A DNA stretch of 30,701 nucleotides from Vampirovibrionaceae bacterium NZW_1234. GTDB taxonomy: Bacteria > Cyanobacteriota > Vampirovibrionia > Vampirovibrionales > JAGQHJ01. Location: NCBI GenBank assembly GCA_041697335.1, contig JBGUGD010000028.1, forward strand, positions 1 to 30,701. The letters are read 5' to 3'. Positions 18,686 to 29,097 of the stretch are shown one piece after another. The first letter of the stretch is position 1. Each line of letters begins with the position of its first letter. The translations under genes were made by a program, and so were the position numbers. The notes beneath the pieces are model-generated. The model ran no database searches and was not told the DNA's origin. It saw only the letters and a program-made list of their open reading frames with translations.

Positions 18686-19132
18686 TTATTGGCCACGACC
18701 GATTTCCATGGCTCGGTTGGCCATTTGTTTCACGATGCCGATGACAGAGAGATTTGCTTCGTAAATCTTGGATGCCACTGTGGCGTCTGCGATGTCGCTG
18801 ATGACGTTGACGTTGGACAGAACAATATAGCCGTCCTTGTCGGCTTGCGGGTGCGAGGGCATATAGACCCGTTTTCCCGGCGTGGGGTCGGCCACGTTTC
18901 CTTCAAAGGTGACGCCACTGTTATTGAGGCTTAAGCCGGTGTGAAACATGCCGTTTCGCATATCGGCCAGCACGCCTTGAAAGCTGACCACGCCGGATTC
19001 GGCGACAACCGGAATGCGCCGGACATAATATGGTGTGCTGGTGTTGGCCACGTTTGCCGCATGGGTCTGGATGCGTTTGGCGCTGGCGCCAATGCCCTGG
19101 GCTGCAATATCGAACGAACTGTTGAGAGACAT
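18686..19132 (-). CDS. flgC: Basal-body rod protein FlgC
   Basis: ANVANTST, YMPSHPQADKDGY..SNVN, YEANL. Confidence 0.92.
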   Translation of the reverse strand: MSLNSSFDIAAQGIGASAKRIQTHAANVANTSTPYYVRRIPVVAESGVVSFQGVLADMRNGMFHTGLSLNNSGVTFEGNVADPTPGKRVYMPSHPQADKDGYIVLSNVNVISDIADATVASKIYEANLSVIGIVKQMANRAMEIGRGQ

Positions 19133-19137
19133 GGGGC

Positions 19138-19485
19138 TTACCTCCCGATTTGTGTGGCGCGTCGCAGGTTATTGAAGACCGTTGAGGCGCGCTTGGTCAC
19201 CAAGCTGTAATTCAAGAAGACTTTTTGCATTTCGATCATTTCGGTGGCCATATCCACCCCTGTGCCGGTGGTTTGCACCATCGCCGAGTTTTCCATGCTG
19301 CCCATTTTTTGAGACAAATGGGTTTCGTAGGGATTGCTCAGCTGGCCCAGAACTTCCGTGAAGTTGTACGATTGGCGCACATAGCCGGGTGTGTTGCTGT
19401 TGGCAATGTTATTGCTCACAACTTTTTGCTGTTGCGAGAGGCCGGAGATCATCCGATCCATGCGATCAATGCTGTCGTACATCAT
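19138..19485 (-). CDS. flgB: Basal-body rod protein FlgB
   Basis: SNNIANSNTPGY, VDMATEM; 115 aa, upstream of flgC. Confidence 0.9.
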   Translation of the reverse strand: MMYDSIDRMDRMISGLSQQQKVVSNNIANSNTPGYVRQSYNFTEVLGQLSNPYETHLSQKMGSMENSAMVQTTGTGVDMATEMIEMQKVFLNYSLVTKRASTVFNNLRRATQIGR

Positions 19486-19517
19486 GATGGGTTGATTTCC
19501 TCTAGTTAATTAGCGAC

Positions 19518-20225
19518 TTATTGCCGTAGCTGGATGGCTTCCTTGTAGATGTCATCCACGGCTTTAATGACGCGAAGGTTACCAATGACGCCTGCGTTCA
19601 GGCGCAAAATGTCTTCAACGGCTGAATTCACACTGACGTTGCTGGACTCCAGATAGCCTTGCTGGATCAGGTGGTGATCTTTCACTTTTTGGGGATCGCC
19701 CGATTCGCCCGTGGCCACCAACAGGTTATTCCCAATGGCTTTGAGACCTTCCGGGTTGGTAAAGTTCACAATGTTGATGTGGCCAATCTCTTTCAGATCG
19801 CCGGCGGGAACTTCCCGCAGCTTGACCGTGCCGTCGGGATCAATAACCACTTTGTCGTAACGTGCCGGGATTTGAATGCCGGTGCCGACCATATTGCCGA
19901 AATTGTCGACAATGAAGCCCTGGGTATTTTTAGCAAAACTGCCATTTCGGGTGTAGGCAATGCTGCCGTCCGGGCGAGTTACCTGGATGTAGCCAGGACC
20001 GTTTAACGCGATATCCAGTTCGCGCCGGGTAATAAACGTTGCGCCACAGCTGTGATCGGTTCGCTTGACGATGTCCATGTTCCCATCCGGGCGGATGAAC
20101 TGATCGAATCGAATGGCTTTGTACCCCCAGGTGTTGTAATTCCCGAGGTTCTGTGACACAGACTCCAAGGCCTGGTAAGCCCGGGTACTCTGGTCGGCTG
20201 CGACGATCATCATTTGGTCTAACAT
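19518..20225 (-). CDS. flgG: Distal rod protein FlgG-like (short)
   Basis: NLGNYNTWGYK, LDIALNGPGY, YTRNGSF, FTNPEGL..IGNNL..ATGESG, QGYLESSNV. Confidence 0.85.
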   Translation of the reverse strand: MLDQMMIVAADQSTRAYQALESVSQNLGNYNTWGYKAIRFDQFIRPDGNMDIVKRTDHSCGATFITRRELDIALNGPGYIQVTRPDGSIAYTRNGSFAKNTQGFIVDNFGNMVGTGIQIPARYDKVVIDPDGTVKLREVPAGDLKEIGHINIVNFTNPEGLKAIGNNLLVATGESGDPQKVKDHHLIQQGYLESSNVSVNSAVEDILRLNAGVIGNLRVIKAVDDIYKEAIQLRQ

Positions 20226-20248
20226 AGGGCAGGTCTCCTTAATCAGCC

Positions 20249-20950
20249 TTATTGGGCTCGGCCGAGTTCTTGGATGAGTCGGCTGAGGGCTTGGCTGTGG
20301 GTTAGAAAAATTTGGCGGTTCGCCTGAAAGTCACGCCGGGGGATGGTAATGCCGACGAATTCTTCGTGGAGGAACACGTTGGAAGCTTCCATATGGCCTT
20401 GGCGAATTTGTACTTCATCGGCCAGCGATCCGTCTTCGGATGCAACGCCGACTTGGGCCACCCGGACCGTTTCGTAGGTTTGCGGGTTGACGATATCGAT
20501 CCAGCCATCTTGCTGGACCTTGATGCGTTCTAATTTGTCCGGAACAAAGGGAAGCTTGATTGGTTTGCCGCTGCGCGAGAGAATCGGCATATAGTCATCC
20601 GACAGAAGATTTCCATCTTTGTCCAGCCGCATGCGCCCGTCTCGGGTTAGATCGATGCGACCATCCGGCTGCAACTTCTGGAAATAGCCTTTTGTATTTA
20701 AGGCCAGATCCAGAGGCTTGCCTGTGGCGTTGATCCGGCCCACATTGGTGTCTCTGACCGCATCTATCCCTTTATGGCCCAGTTGCTCCGCAAAGGAGGT
20801 GACCACCGGGACACGCCGTTGGTAGCCGGGCGTGTCGGCATAGGAGATGTTGTCCGCATAGAAGTTCATCATGTAAATCTGTTGCGTCATCCCGCGGACC
20901 GCAATGGTCATCGGGTCTTCATCGTAGGTAATGCGTCCAACCAGTTTCAT
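20249..20950 (-). CDS. flgF: Rod protein FlgF-like
   Basis: NISYADTPGY, TGKPLDLAL..KGYF, TRDG, QGHMEASNV; upstream of flgG. Confidence 0.75.
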   Translation of the reverse strand: MKLVGRITYDEDPMTIAVRGMTQQIYMMNFYADNISYADTPGYQRRVPVVTSFAEQLGHKGIDAVRDTNVGRINATGKPLDLALNTKGYFQKLQPDGRIDLTRDGRMRLDKDGNLLSDDYMPILSRSGKPIKLPFVPDKLERIKVQQDGWIDIVNPQTYETVRVAQVGVASEDGSLADEVQIRQGHMEASNVFLHEEFVGITIPRRDFQANRQIFLTHSQALSRLIQELGRAQ

Positions 20951-21235
20951 GGCAATTTCATTCCTTGTGCATCGAGGTGAATCTCTCCTGAAAATCCTTC
21001 CAGGAGGTGTAGTTAGTGTGAGAAGGTGTTTAGGAATTACGACGTGTTTCGAGGGATCTGTTACAAATCTTTAAATTTGGAGTGTTCGACAGTGAAAAAC
21101 TCCACTGAACGTGGGAGGTCTGGATGACCGCGTTTAGGGTTGCTTTGACCTTCTTTCGTGTGGAAATGCCTGTTCAGTTTTCTGAAATCTGGTTACAATG
21201 AAGAAAGTTGTTCCTAAGATGATGGTGTTTCCAAG

Positions 21236-21685
21236 ATGAAGGCTTTTCCTTGGATGCGAGAATATCGGAGAGTAGGGTTAAGCGCTGTTATGGCGGCTAC
21301 TCTGGCTTTGACTGCAACATGTTTTGCAGATACCCAGGCTGTCAACTTTGCTGCCATCGTCTTGCCTGAATTACCAACGAAAGCAAGCCTTTCATGCGAG
21401 GCATCTCAGCAGGACCAGTCTGAGGCTAACTCGCTTGGACTGGTTGCTCAATGCAGCCTGTCGCCAGAAGAGCCTTCCAGCGTGTTGGCAAAACCAATAT
21501 CGCCGGTGGGTATTCGTGATGGGCAACCTGGATTTGTGGATATGTCCGGACACCCGCCCGGATCGTCTTGTGTGCTGGCCCCTGCTGCCAATGACAAAAA
21601 GGTGCCTTCTCCGGCATCGAAAAAAGCGAATACCAAAGCGACTTTGCCCTATGGGTGGGGGAGTTCTGCAAAATCCGCCAACTAA
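21236..21685 (+). CDS. Hypothetical exported protein
   Basis: Signal-peptide-like N-terminus (RR-hydrophobic-CFA); divergent from flgF; S/P-rich mature part. Confidence 0.5.
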   Translation: MKAFPWMREYRRVGLSAVMAATLALTATCFADTQAVNFAAIVLPELPTKASLSCEASQQDQSEANSLGLVAQCSLSPEEPSSVLAKPISPVGIRDGQPGFVDMSGHPPGSSCVLAPAANDKKVPSPASKKANTKATLPYGWGSSAKSAN

Positions 21686-21725
21686 GGCTTAATGGCATTT
21701 GCTTACTTTTGGTTTGACGCAAGGA

Positions 21726-22781
21726 TTAGGCTGTGGCTTCTCCGGGAAGTCGATTGGACTTGAGATGCATATAGATGAGATGGATGGTGATGGCGGCTGG
21801 GATGGCCAGTAACACCCCCACAATGCCGAGCAGCGTACCGCCACACATCAGGCTTAATAAAATCCAGAAGGGCCTAAGACCCACGGCTCTTCCCAAAATG
21901 ACTGGGTAGAGCAAATAGTTTTCAATCTGCTGTGCCACGATATACACTAAAAGGGCCCAGGGGACCAAATTGGGGTTTTCACCCAGAGTGACCAGAATAC
22001 CAAGGGCTGTGGCAAATAAGGGGCCGATAATGGGGATGAGATCCAGTAAAAAAGATAAAAGACCCAATACCAGCGCATAATGAACGCCAATAAGGGCCAG
22101 GCCGACCCCCGTGAGTAATCCTACGGCTGTCATCACCAGAAACTGACCTCGAACGTAGAGGCCGATTTGCTTGGCCAACTTCCGGAGAAACAGGCTGATG
22201 GTTTTGCGCTGGCTCTCTGGCACTATTTTTAAGGCCAAATGTTCGAAGTATTCGGTATCGGTCATCAGGAAGAAGGCAAAAACCAATATCGTGAGTATCC
22301 CAAAAAGCCCTTTAATGAATGACATTACGTAGTTGACGCTTGATACCAATACATTGAGGACCTGTTGACTGAGGCTTCCCAGGTTATCCGTAATCAGGTT
22401 TATCAGATCGGTCTGGTTTGGCCAGAGAGGGAGACGTCCCAATAGCTCTGTTGCCGACTCACTGTAGGTTGGCAGCTTATGAATGAGCTGGTCTAACTGC
22501 TCCATGGCCAGATCAATAACCAGTAAGGTAAAGCCGGAAGCCAGCAAGATGAATAAAATATAGAAACCGAGGATGCTTAGACGTTTTGGGAGACGTTGTG
22601 TCTCTTTTAACCATGAAATGGCCGGGTAAAGGGCACAGGAGAGAAGTCCACTCAGCAGCAGGAAGAAGATGATTTGATGAAGTTGCCAGATAATCCAGAG
22701 AGCGACAACCGCAAGTGTAACCAGAAGAATAACCTGGCTGGTGTTGATGAGCAGCGAGCGAGAGGGTATGAATTGATTCAC
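21726..22781 (-). CDS. AI-2E family (PerM/UPF0118) transporter
   Basis: Multi-TM; YVRGQ, LIPIIGP, QQIENYLLYP.ILG, GIVGVLLAIP; GTG 22781 preceded by GAAGGA (ORF track start 22862). Confidence 0.93.
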   Translation of the reverse strand: MNQFIPSRSLLINTSQVILLVTLAVVALWIIWQLHQIIFFLLLSGLLSCALYPAISWLKETQRLPKRLSILGFYILFILLASGFTLLVIDLAMEQLDQLIHKLPTYSESATELLGRLPLWPNQTDLINLITDNLGSLSQQVLNVLVSSVNYVMSFIKGLFGILTILVFAFFLMTDTEYFEHLALKIVPESQRKTISLFLRKLAKQIGLYVRGQFLVMTAVGLLTGVGLALIGVHYALVLGLLSFLLDLIPIIGPLFATALGILVTLGENPNLVPWALLVYIVAQQIENYLLYPVILGRAVGLRPFWILLSLMCGGTLLGIVGVLLAIPAAITIHLIYMHLKSNRLPGEATA

Positions 22782-22976
22782 TGTGAGATCTTCCTTCTGT
22801 TTGTGGTCTGCTCGGGCATGTGCTTCTAAGCCCAGTATACGGGCTGGGCAGGAATTGCGCAAACGCCCCGATGAGAGGATTAAGGGTTGCTAATCTGGCA
22901 GTGACGCAATAGGATTAGAGAGGCATGTTTGAAGCATCTTTCTATGAAAGGTGAAGATGCAGGAAGGAGTTATCGG

Positions 22977-23885
22977 ATGAACGTCTTATTCCCGGTCGAC
23001 GGCTCTCCCCAGGCTAAAAATACCATGTACTGGGCCTATTCTCTTTTGGACCCCGCCGAAACTCAGGTGCATCTCCTCCACGTTGTTTATTGGACTGAAG
23101 GCGCCTTGGTGCGAGACGATGAATTAGAATCGGCGAAACTGATTCTCGCTGAGAGTAGAGCATTTTGGGAGAGCCGTGGTTTTAGCGTGGCTGCTTCAGA
23201 GACGGTTCTGGGAACGCCTTCTGCGGCGATCTGCCAATATGCCGATGAGCATCAGGTTGATCAAATCATTATGGGGTCACATGGCTATCAAGGATTTAAG
23301 AAATTATGGATGGGCAGTGTGAGTGAAGGGGTCTTCAAGCGGGCTAAACAACCCGTTTTGCTCCTCGCCCATACAAAAGATCCTGTGGTACATGTCAGCC
23401 ATCTGGAAAAAGCCTCGTTGCGACAGTCCGGTGATTCGCCCCAACGAGTGGTGTTACCCGTGGATGATTCCGATGCTGCTTTAAATACAATGGCCTGGGC
23501 GTGTCATTTCCTGGATGCGTCCCACACGGAATTGCATGTGCTTCACGTTATCGATACGGTTCTCAAAAATGATGCCTCTCAGGCACAGGCTCAGGATCTT
23601 TTGGCCAAAGCGGAAGCGTTATTTAAACGCAATGGATTTAAAAATATTGTCGTTACCCTAAAAGAAGGGATACCGGCTCACGAAATATGTCATTATGCCG
23701 ATACGGTGAAGGCCGATGAAATTCTAATCGGGGCGCAAGGGCTCTCGAACCGCCCTGAAATATTAATGGGCAGTGTCAGTGAGTATGTTTACAAACATGC
23801 CAAACAACCTGTCATTGTGGTGAACAATGGTGTTGAAAAGATGCTTACCATCAGCCATGCCAAAGGTGTTCGGCTTTCTGAATAA
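22977..23885 (+). CDS. Universal stress protein with two tandem USP domains
   Basis: VLFPVDGS / VVLPVDDS, IMGSHG..MGSVS and IGAQG..MGSVS; AGGAG RBS. Confidence 0.93.
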   Translation: MNVLFPVDGSPQAKNTMYWAYSLLDPAETQVHLLHVVYWTEGALVRDDELESAKLILAESRAFWESRGFSVAASETVLGTPSAAICQYADEHQVDQIIMGSHGYQGFKKLWMGSVSEGVFKRAKQPVLLLAHTKDPVVHVSHLEKASLRQSGDSPQRVVLPVDDSDAALNTMAWACHFLDASHTELHVLHVIDTVLKNDASQAQAQDLLAKAEALFKRNGFKNIVVTLKEGIPAHEICHYADTVKADEILIGAQGLSNRPEILMGSVSEYVYKHAKQPVIVVNNGVEKMLTISHAKGVRLSE

Positions 23886-24287
23886 AAAAATCTGAATAGA
23901 CGGGTTTTGCCAATTTTTGTTAATTGTTGTCATCATCGTTCTTAATTTGAGTGGGTGTCTCTTTGGCAGCCTTGTTTGTCTTTACATATTTTAAAGGATC
24001 CTTTATGATGAGTATTCAATCAAAATGTATGTTGCTGTATGTCATTCGTTCCCTTTAAGTGTATAAGGGATTATTCGGTAAACTAGGTTGCAATAATTGA
24101 ATAGTGAGGTTTATGGAAACACAACGAAGCCTTTACGTGCCAATGATGGCTATTCTTGCTTGAACGATACTTTAACTCATTGGTTTTCTTATTTTGACAT
24201 ACCATCACATTCTAGGCCCTGAACGGTTTCTGGGGTGGTTTTACTTGCATGTTGTAATTTGCGATAGAAATAGAAAGAGAACTTAGT

Positions 24288-26174
24288 ATGTTGCCGATTC
24301 TTAAGCATCGCACTGACGTGGCGGACGAAAAGCTGGCAGTATTGAACAAAAGTTACCAAGAAGCTTCAGAAAATACAAAAGCAATTATTACGTTGGTGTC
24401 CGAGTTGGGAAAAGCGCCCAGCTTTGATGCGGCAATTAATATTGCTCTCAATACCATTAAGTCGGCGTTTGGATGGGCCTATGGCTCTTATTGGGTGTTA
24501 GATCCGGTTGAGGGCGTGTTAACGTTTTCTCTGGAAACAGGGACGGTGACGGAGGAATTTTCCAAAGTCACACGAGAAGCTCGATTTCGAATCGGTGAAG
24601 GTTTGAGTGGGCGCGCCTGGAAAGCTAAAGAACTGGTATTTGTTGAAGATTTGGGATCGCTGACGGATTGCTGTCGCAGGGAATCGGCGCAGCGCGCCGG
24701 TGTCAAATCGGGGATTTGTTTTCCAATTATTTATGACGGCCAGGTGATTGGGACGATAGACTTTTTTGCCACGGAGACTCTTTCCTTGTCCGATGAACGG
24801 ATGAATGTGCTGCGAAACACGGCTCGTCTTGTTTCCGAGTCTATCGCACATTTGGAAGATATTAAGGATGTTCAGGCCGTCAATACGGTTTTAGAATCCT
24901 TGGCCCATGCCCAATCCTATGATGAGGCCGCAATGGTGGCTTTAGAACTGGTCAGAGAGGCTTTTGGTTGGGCCTATGGATCTTATTGGTCATTGGATAT
25001 GCGAGAAAACGTGCTGCGATTCTCTGTCGAATCCGGTTCAGTGACTCCTGAGTTTCGCAAGGTAACTCAAGAAGCACGGTTTAAGGAGGGTGAGGGCCTT
25101 TCTGGTCGGGCATGGAAATCTCGGGATTTGGTATTTGTTCAGGATTTGGGAGAAATGACCGACTGTTGTCGACGAGAAACGGCTCAAAAAGCCGGTGTAA
25201 AGTCCGGGGTTTGTTTTCCTATTATTGTGGCGGGCCAAGTTAAAGGAACCGTGGACTTTTTCGCCCTGGAAGTTCTTTCACCTACCCAGCAGCGGCTGAA
25301 TGCCCTGCGCAATGTAGGTCGCCTGGTTTCTGCGGTATTTGAAAAATTCGATACGATTGCCTTGATGGAAAAAGAGAGGCAAACTGCCCGGAGTCTTCGA
25401 CAAAATGCGGAAGAATTGGCCTTATTTGCCCAATCATTATCAGAAATTGGCGATGCTATTTCTGATAATGCAAGTCAAAGTTCAGCTAACGCGAATACTG
25501 CGGCAGCTTCCGCAGAGGAAGTCAGTGCCAATTCCTCCAGTGTGGCAGCCGCAACTGAAGAAATGTCCGTTACGATTTCCGATGTTTCCATACAAGCTCA
25601 GAAAGCATCTTCGATTGCTTCAACGGTGGATAGCAAGAGTCACGAGATCAAGCAGTTTGTTGAATTGTTAGGTCAGTCGTCCCTGGAAATTGGCAAAGTG
25701 GTTGATATTATTCAAGAAATTGCTTCTCAGACCAACTTGCTGGCTTTAAATGCCACCATTGAAGCCGCCAGTGCCGGAGAGGCGGGTAAAGGCTTTGCCG
25801 TTGTGGCGAATGAGGTCAAAGCCCTGGCTAAACAATCTGCCGTTTCAACGGAGACAATTCGTCAACAGGTGGAAATTATTCAGCAGAATACGACGCAAGT
25901 TAGTGCCTCTATCTCCGATATTACGGATACAATTAATGCGCTAAGCGCTATCAATACAACGATTGCTGGGGCCATTGAAGAACAGGCTGCCACAACCAAT
26001 GAAATCAGCCGGAACATTTCTCAAACCTCCCAGGCCACAACCGATATTGCACGTAGCGTTAATGACTTGGCCCACTCTGCGGAGAAAACATCCAAAAATG
26101 CAAATGAGATTAAAGCAGCCATTCAGACGCTTAAATCATTGTCGAATCAATTGTTGAATTTGGTGTCTATTTAA
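24288..26174 (+). CDS. Soluble methyl-accepting chemotaxis protein with two tandem GAF domains
   Basis: Duplicated FGWAYGSYW...GEGLSGRAW...CFPII units; [34 protein letters not shown]; no TM. Confidence 0.93.
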   Translation: MLPILKHRTDVADEKLAVLNKSYQEASENTKAIITLVSELGKAPSFDAAINIALNTIKSAFGWAYGSYWVLDPVEGVLTFSLETGTVTEEFSKVTREARFRIGEGLSGRAWKAKELVFVEDLGSLTDCCRRESAQRAGVKSGICFPIIYDGQVIGTIDFFATETLSLSDERMNVLRNTARLVSESIAHLEDIKDVQAVNTVLESLAHAQSYDEAAMVALELVREAFGWAYGSYWSLDMRENVLRFSVESGSVTPEFRKVTQEARFKEGEGLSGRAWKSRDLVFVQDLGEMTDCCRRETAQKAGVKSGVCFPIIVAGQVKGTVDFFALEVLSPTQQRLNALRNVGRLVSAVFEKFDTIALMEKERQTARSLRQNAEELALFAQSLSEIGDAISDNASQSSANANTAAASAEEVSANSSSVAAATEEMSVTISDVSIQAQKASSIASTVDSKSHEIKQFVELLGQSSLEIGKVVDIIQEIASQTNLLALNATIEAASAGEAGKGFAVVANEVKALAKQSAVSTETIRQQVEIIQQNTTQVSASISDITDTINALSAINTTIAGAIEEQAATTNEISRNISQTSQATTDIARSVNDLAHSAEKTSKNANEIKAAIQTLKSLSNQLLNLVSI

Positions 26175-26379
26175 TTCAGTCATAATCACCACTTATATCC
26201 CGAATGTCAGTTACGCAGAGTAGGTCTCATTCGTTTATTGGATTCTGCTTTGATTCGAGCTTTGGAATAATAATAGAGAGGTTGCTGGGATTCATTGCGT
26301 TTTTTGGAGTTTGTATCGTCAGTATTTATACAATTGGAACTTTGTTAAGTGAAACATAATCTTATTAAGGAGCACCATT

Positions 26380-27996
26380 GTGTCGAGTATGTTGCAAGCG
26401 AAGCGGAATTTTGATATTCAAGCTCGCTTGAGCTTTTTAGGTATTGATTCTGAAACACGAGAGATTCTGCGGAAGTTTAAGAAAACCGTTGAGCAGCATA
26501 TTGATGAAATCTTAAATGATTTTTACACTCATGTGGCCTCTGTAGCGAAATTGAAAGGGTTGGTTGGTTCGGAAACAAATATTGCCCGCTTGAAGTTGGC
26601 TCAGAAAAAGCATTGGACGACGCTGTTTTCGGCCAATTTTGACGAACACTATTTTGAAAGTGTTTCAGGGATTGGTCAGGCCCACGTGCGGATTGGCTTG
26701 GAGCCCCGATGGTATATGGGGGGCTACAGCATGGTTTTAACAAGATTAATTCAGCTGGCCTCCAAATCCTCTTTGTTTAACCCAAGCCAAATGACCAAAG
26801 TGACCACGGCTTTGTCTAAAGCGGTTTTTCTGGATATGGATCTGTCTATCTCAGTGTATTTTGATACGATCATCCAATTCAGTGCGCTCACCGTTTCGCA
26901 ATCAGCGTCGAATCTGTCTGAGTCTTCAGCCGATTTATCGGAGTCGGCCGACAAGATGACGACCTTGATTGCCAAAACCGTTCTAATGACCAATGAACTT
27001 GTGGAAACGATTACGTCTTTCACACATCACGTGGAAGAGACTGCGACCAACGTGGAGGCCATTGCGCAGGATAATACGCTCATTGGTCAGAATATTAGCC
27101 AGGTTGGAACTGCTGCGGATGAGGTGTCTGCCAGTATGCAGACCGTGGCCTCTGCAGCGGAGGAAATGTCGGCTTCTGTGAGTACGGTTGCTGCTGCCAT
27201 TGAGGAGATGTCAGGTTCTCTGAGGGAAGTCTCCATGGGAGCGATTAAAGCCGCAGAAGTTACCGCCAAAGCTGATCAAAAGGCGGAGTCTACCAAAGTA
27301 ATTGTGGATACATTAGGGAATTCTGCCAAAGAGATCGATAAAGTGGTTGAGCTGATTAAAAATATTGCAGCCCAAACCAATTTATTGGCCTTGAATGCCA
27401 CCATTGAAGCCGCCAGTGCCGGTGAAGCAGGGAAAGGTTTTGCGGTCGTGGCCAACGAGGTTAAAGAGCTGGCCAAGCAGGCCGCACAAGCGACCGAGGA
27501 TATCCGCACTAAAATTGAAGCGATGCAGAGCAATACCAATGAGGCCGTGAAAGCCATTGCTGAAATTTCCTCGGTGATTGAGGAAATCAGTGATATCAAC
27601 AATACTATTGCCAGTGCTGTGGAAGAGCAAACCGTAACCGCCAATGAAATCAGCCGCAGTGTTGTGGGCTCTGCCCAGGCATCCCAGGACGTTACGGAGA
27701 ATGTCCACAGGGTGGCAGGCATTGCTGAGACAGTCGCCTCACTGGTTCATGAATCCAAGCTCAAAGTGGAACATGCCGTGGAGAGTACAAACCGGACAAA
27801 TCAAGCGGCCCAAGCCATGCGTTCAGGCTCAAGTTTGGTATCGGAACGGGCCGGTATCATGGCGAGTAATCTTCGAGATACGTCAGATGCTGTGGTAACA
27901 ACGGCGCAAGCGGCAGATAAGGTGAAAAAGGCAACCCAAGAACTGGAAGCGCTTTCAAAAGAGCTGGATACGCTAGTTCAGGCGTTTCGTTCCTGA
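26380..27996 (+). CDS. Globin-coupled sensor chemoreceptor (HemAT-like)
   Basis: Sensor globin motifs ([37 protein letters not shown]) plus MCP signalling domain; AAGGAG RBS. Confidence 0.92.
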   Translation: MSSMLQAKRNFDIQARLSFLGIDSETREILRKFKKTVEQHIDEILNDFYTHVASVAKLKGLVGSETNIARLKLAQKKHWTTLFSANFDEHYFESVSGIGQAHVRIGLEPRWYMGGYSMVLTRLIQLASKSSLFNPSQMTKVTTALSKAVFLDMDLSISVYFDTIIQFSALTVSQSASNLSESSADLSESADKMTTLIAKTVLMTNELVETITSFTHHVEETATNVEAIAQDNTLIGQNISQVGTAADEVSASMQTVASAAEEMSASVSTVAAAIEEMSGSLREVSMGAIKAAEVTAKADQKAESTKVIVDTLGNSAKEIDKVVELIKNIAAQTNLLALNATIEAASAGEAGKGFAVVANEVKELAKQAAQATEDIRTKIEAMQSNTNEAVKAIAEISSVIEEISDINNTIASAVEEQTVTANEISRSVVGSAQASQDVTENVHRVAGIAETVASLVHESKLKVEHAVESTNRTNQAAQAMRSGSSLVSERAGIMASNLRDTSDAVVTTAQAADKVKKATQELEALSKELDTLVQAFRS

Positions 27997-28019
27997 TTCG
28001 AGTGAATATTTCGTGTTTC

Positions 28020-28053
28020 AAGACAGGGCTTGGTCCATCACCAGCCCTGTCTT
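28020..28053 (+). terminator. Hairpin downstream of the globin chemoreceptor
   Basis: AAGACAGGGCT...AGCCCTGTCTT 11-bp stem; weak U-tract. Confidence 0.5.
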
Positions 28054-28121
28054 CTGGGCCAAACCATTGTGATAAAATTTCTTTGAGCTTGTGATTCAAA
28101 CCAGAGGGTGAGCTTGACACT

Positions 28122-28577
28122 ATGGGACGAAGCTTGACGCTTGTTATTCTCAGTCTGGCCGTTTGGGTAATGACCCCGGTGTCGGTGTATTCATTTCCCC
28201 GGAAATTGCCAGAGAGGGTTTCCCAGGATAACTTGGAGCAGCCATCCTCCGACCATCACTGCCCAGTTCTGGATATGGGACTGATGGAAAAGCAACCGGA
28301 ATTGGCCTCTTATAAGGTCGACATGTATCGACGGGTGATGCAGTATTGGCAACTGGGAAATGATCCGGCCATGAGCCTAAAGAAAGCGCTCTTCCATGTT
28401 TATATTGGCCGAGATGGGCGCTTAATTCGATCCGATATGGCTATTTCCTCAGGGGACACCGGGTTTGATGCTGCCGGACAGGAGGCCATTGAGAAGGCTG
28501 CTCCCTATCGGCCCTTGCCTAAGTCGTTTCGTTCAGACTGTATTTTGATTAAGCACGTGTTTCAGCCAAAGCCCTAG
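28122..28577 (+). CDS. TonB/TolA C-terminal domain protein, exported
   Basis: Signal-like N-terminus; IGRDGRL..ISSGDTGFDAAG.EAIEKAAPYRPLP. Confidence 0.82.
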   Translation: MGRSLTLVILSLAVWVMTPVSVYSFPRKLPERVSQDNLEQPSSDHHCPVLDMGLMEKQPELASYKVDMYRRVMQYWQLGNDPAMSLKKALFHVYIGRDGRLIRSDMAISSGDTGFDAAGQEAIEKAAPYRPLPKSFRSDCILIKHVFQPKP

Positions 28578-28677
28578 CATTGAATCCTTATCACTTCTAC
28601 ATCCTGTTTTAAGCATGTTTGGTTATGCTTTTATGCCCTGTAGCACCTTTGCGGAAGGGCGCGTTGTTACTACACAA

Positions 28678-28707
28678 TGGTCGAGATGACAGGAAGATTC
28701 GAACCTG
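28678..28707 (-). mobile_element. Degenerate tRNA-Pro 3'-end copy (old att scar)
   Basis: TGGTCGAGATGACAGGAAGATTCGAACCTG versus TGGTCGGGATGACAGGATTCGAACCTG at 30339: one substitution and a 3-nt insertion. Confidence 0.75.
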
Positions 28708-28818
28708 TGCTCAAACCTATGGGTTTAAAGCCTTGTCCTGATTGAGAATACGCTAGTTTTAGTTTGGTATCAGATTGGGCATTTGAACAAAAACACCTTG
28801 ATGTAGCGACAATATTTG

Positions 28819-28872
28819 CCAACCTGCAAAACCCCAAGCCCCTCTGCCGTTGCTTGGTTTTTTGCAGGTTGG
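28819..28872. repeat. Long imperfect inverted repeat
   Basis: CCAACCTGCAAAA / TTTTGCAGGTTGG (13 bp) plus inner CCAAGC / GCTTGG. Confidence 0.75.
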
Positions 28873-29097
28873 GAGGAACAACAAATGGACGTGCAGTTGT
28901 CTGCGGGTAATTTGCTTCATTGCCTAATAACGGGAACGCTACAATATATAGTTTTTTTACATATTAATTATAAAGAATTTGCAAAGTGTGGAATTAATTT
29001 GGTTTTAATCGTTTTTATATCTGTATTGATTTATTGTTTCTACCGATTCGCCACTCGTTCTTTGAGATAGTTTTAGGTACTCACAGAAAGGCTGGTT

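Noticed and set aside
24193..24209. CRP/FNR-like site upstream of the GAF chemoreceptor
   Set aside because: TTTGA and TCACA half-sites are 7 nt apart rather than 6.
25749..27422. 29-bp identical DNA in the two MCP genes (25749-25777 and 27394-27422)
   Set aside because: It encodes the universally conserved signalling tip, so protein constraint is a sufficient explanation.
28816..29070. 84-aa ORF with a hydrophobic C-terminus
   Set aside because: TTG start inside a hairpin, no RBS, and the hydrophobicity is explained by AT-rich DNA.
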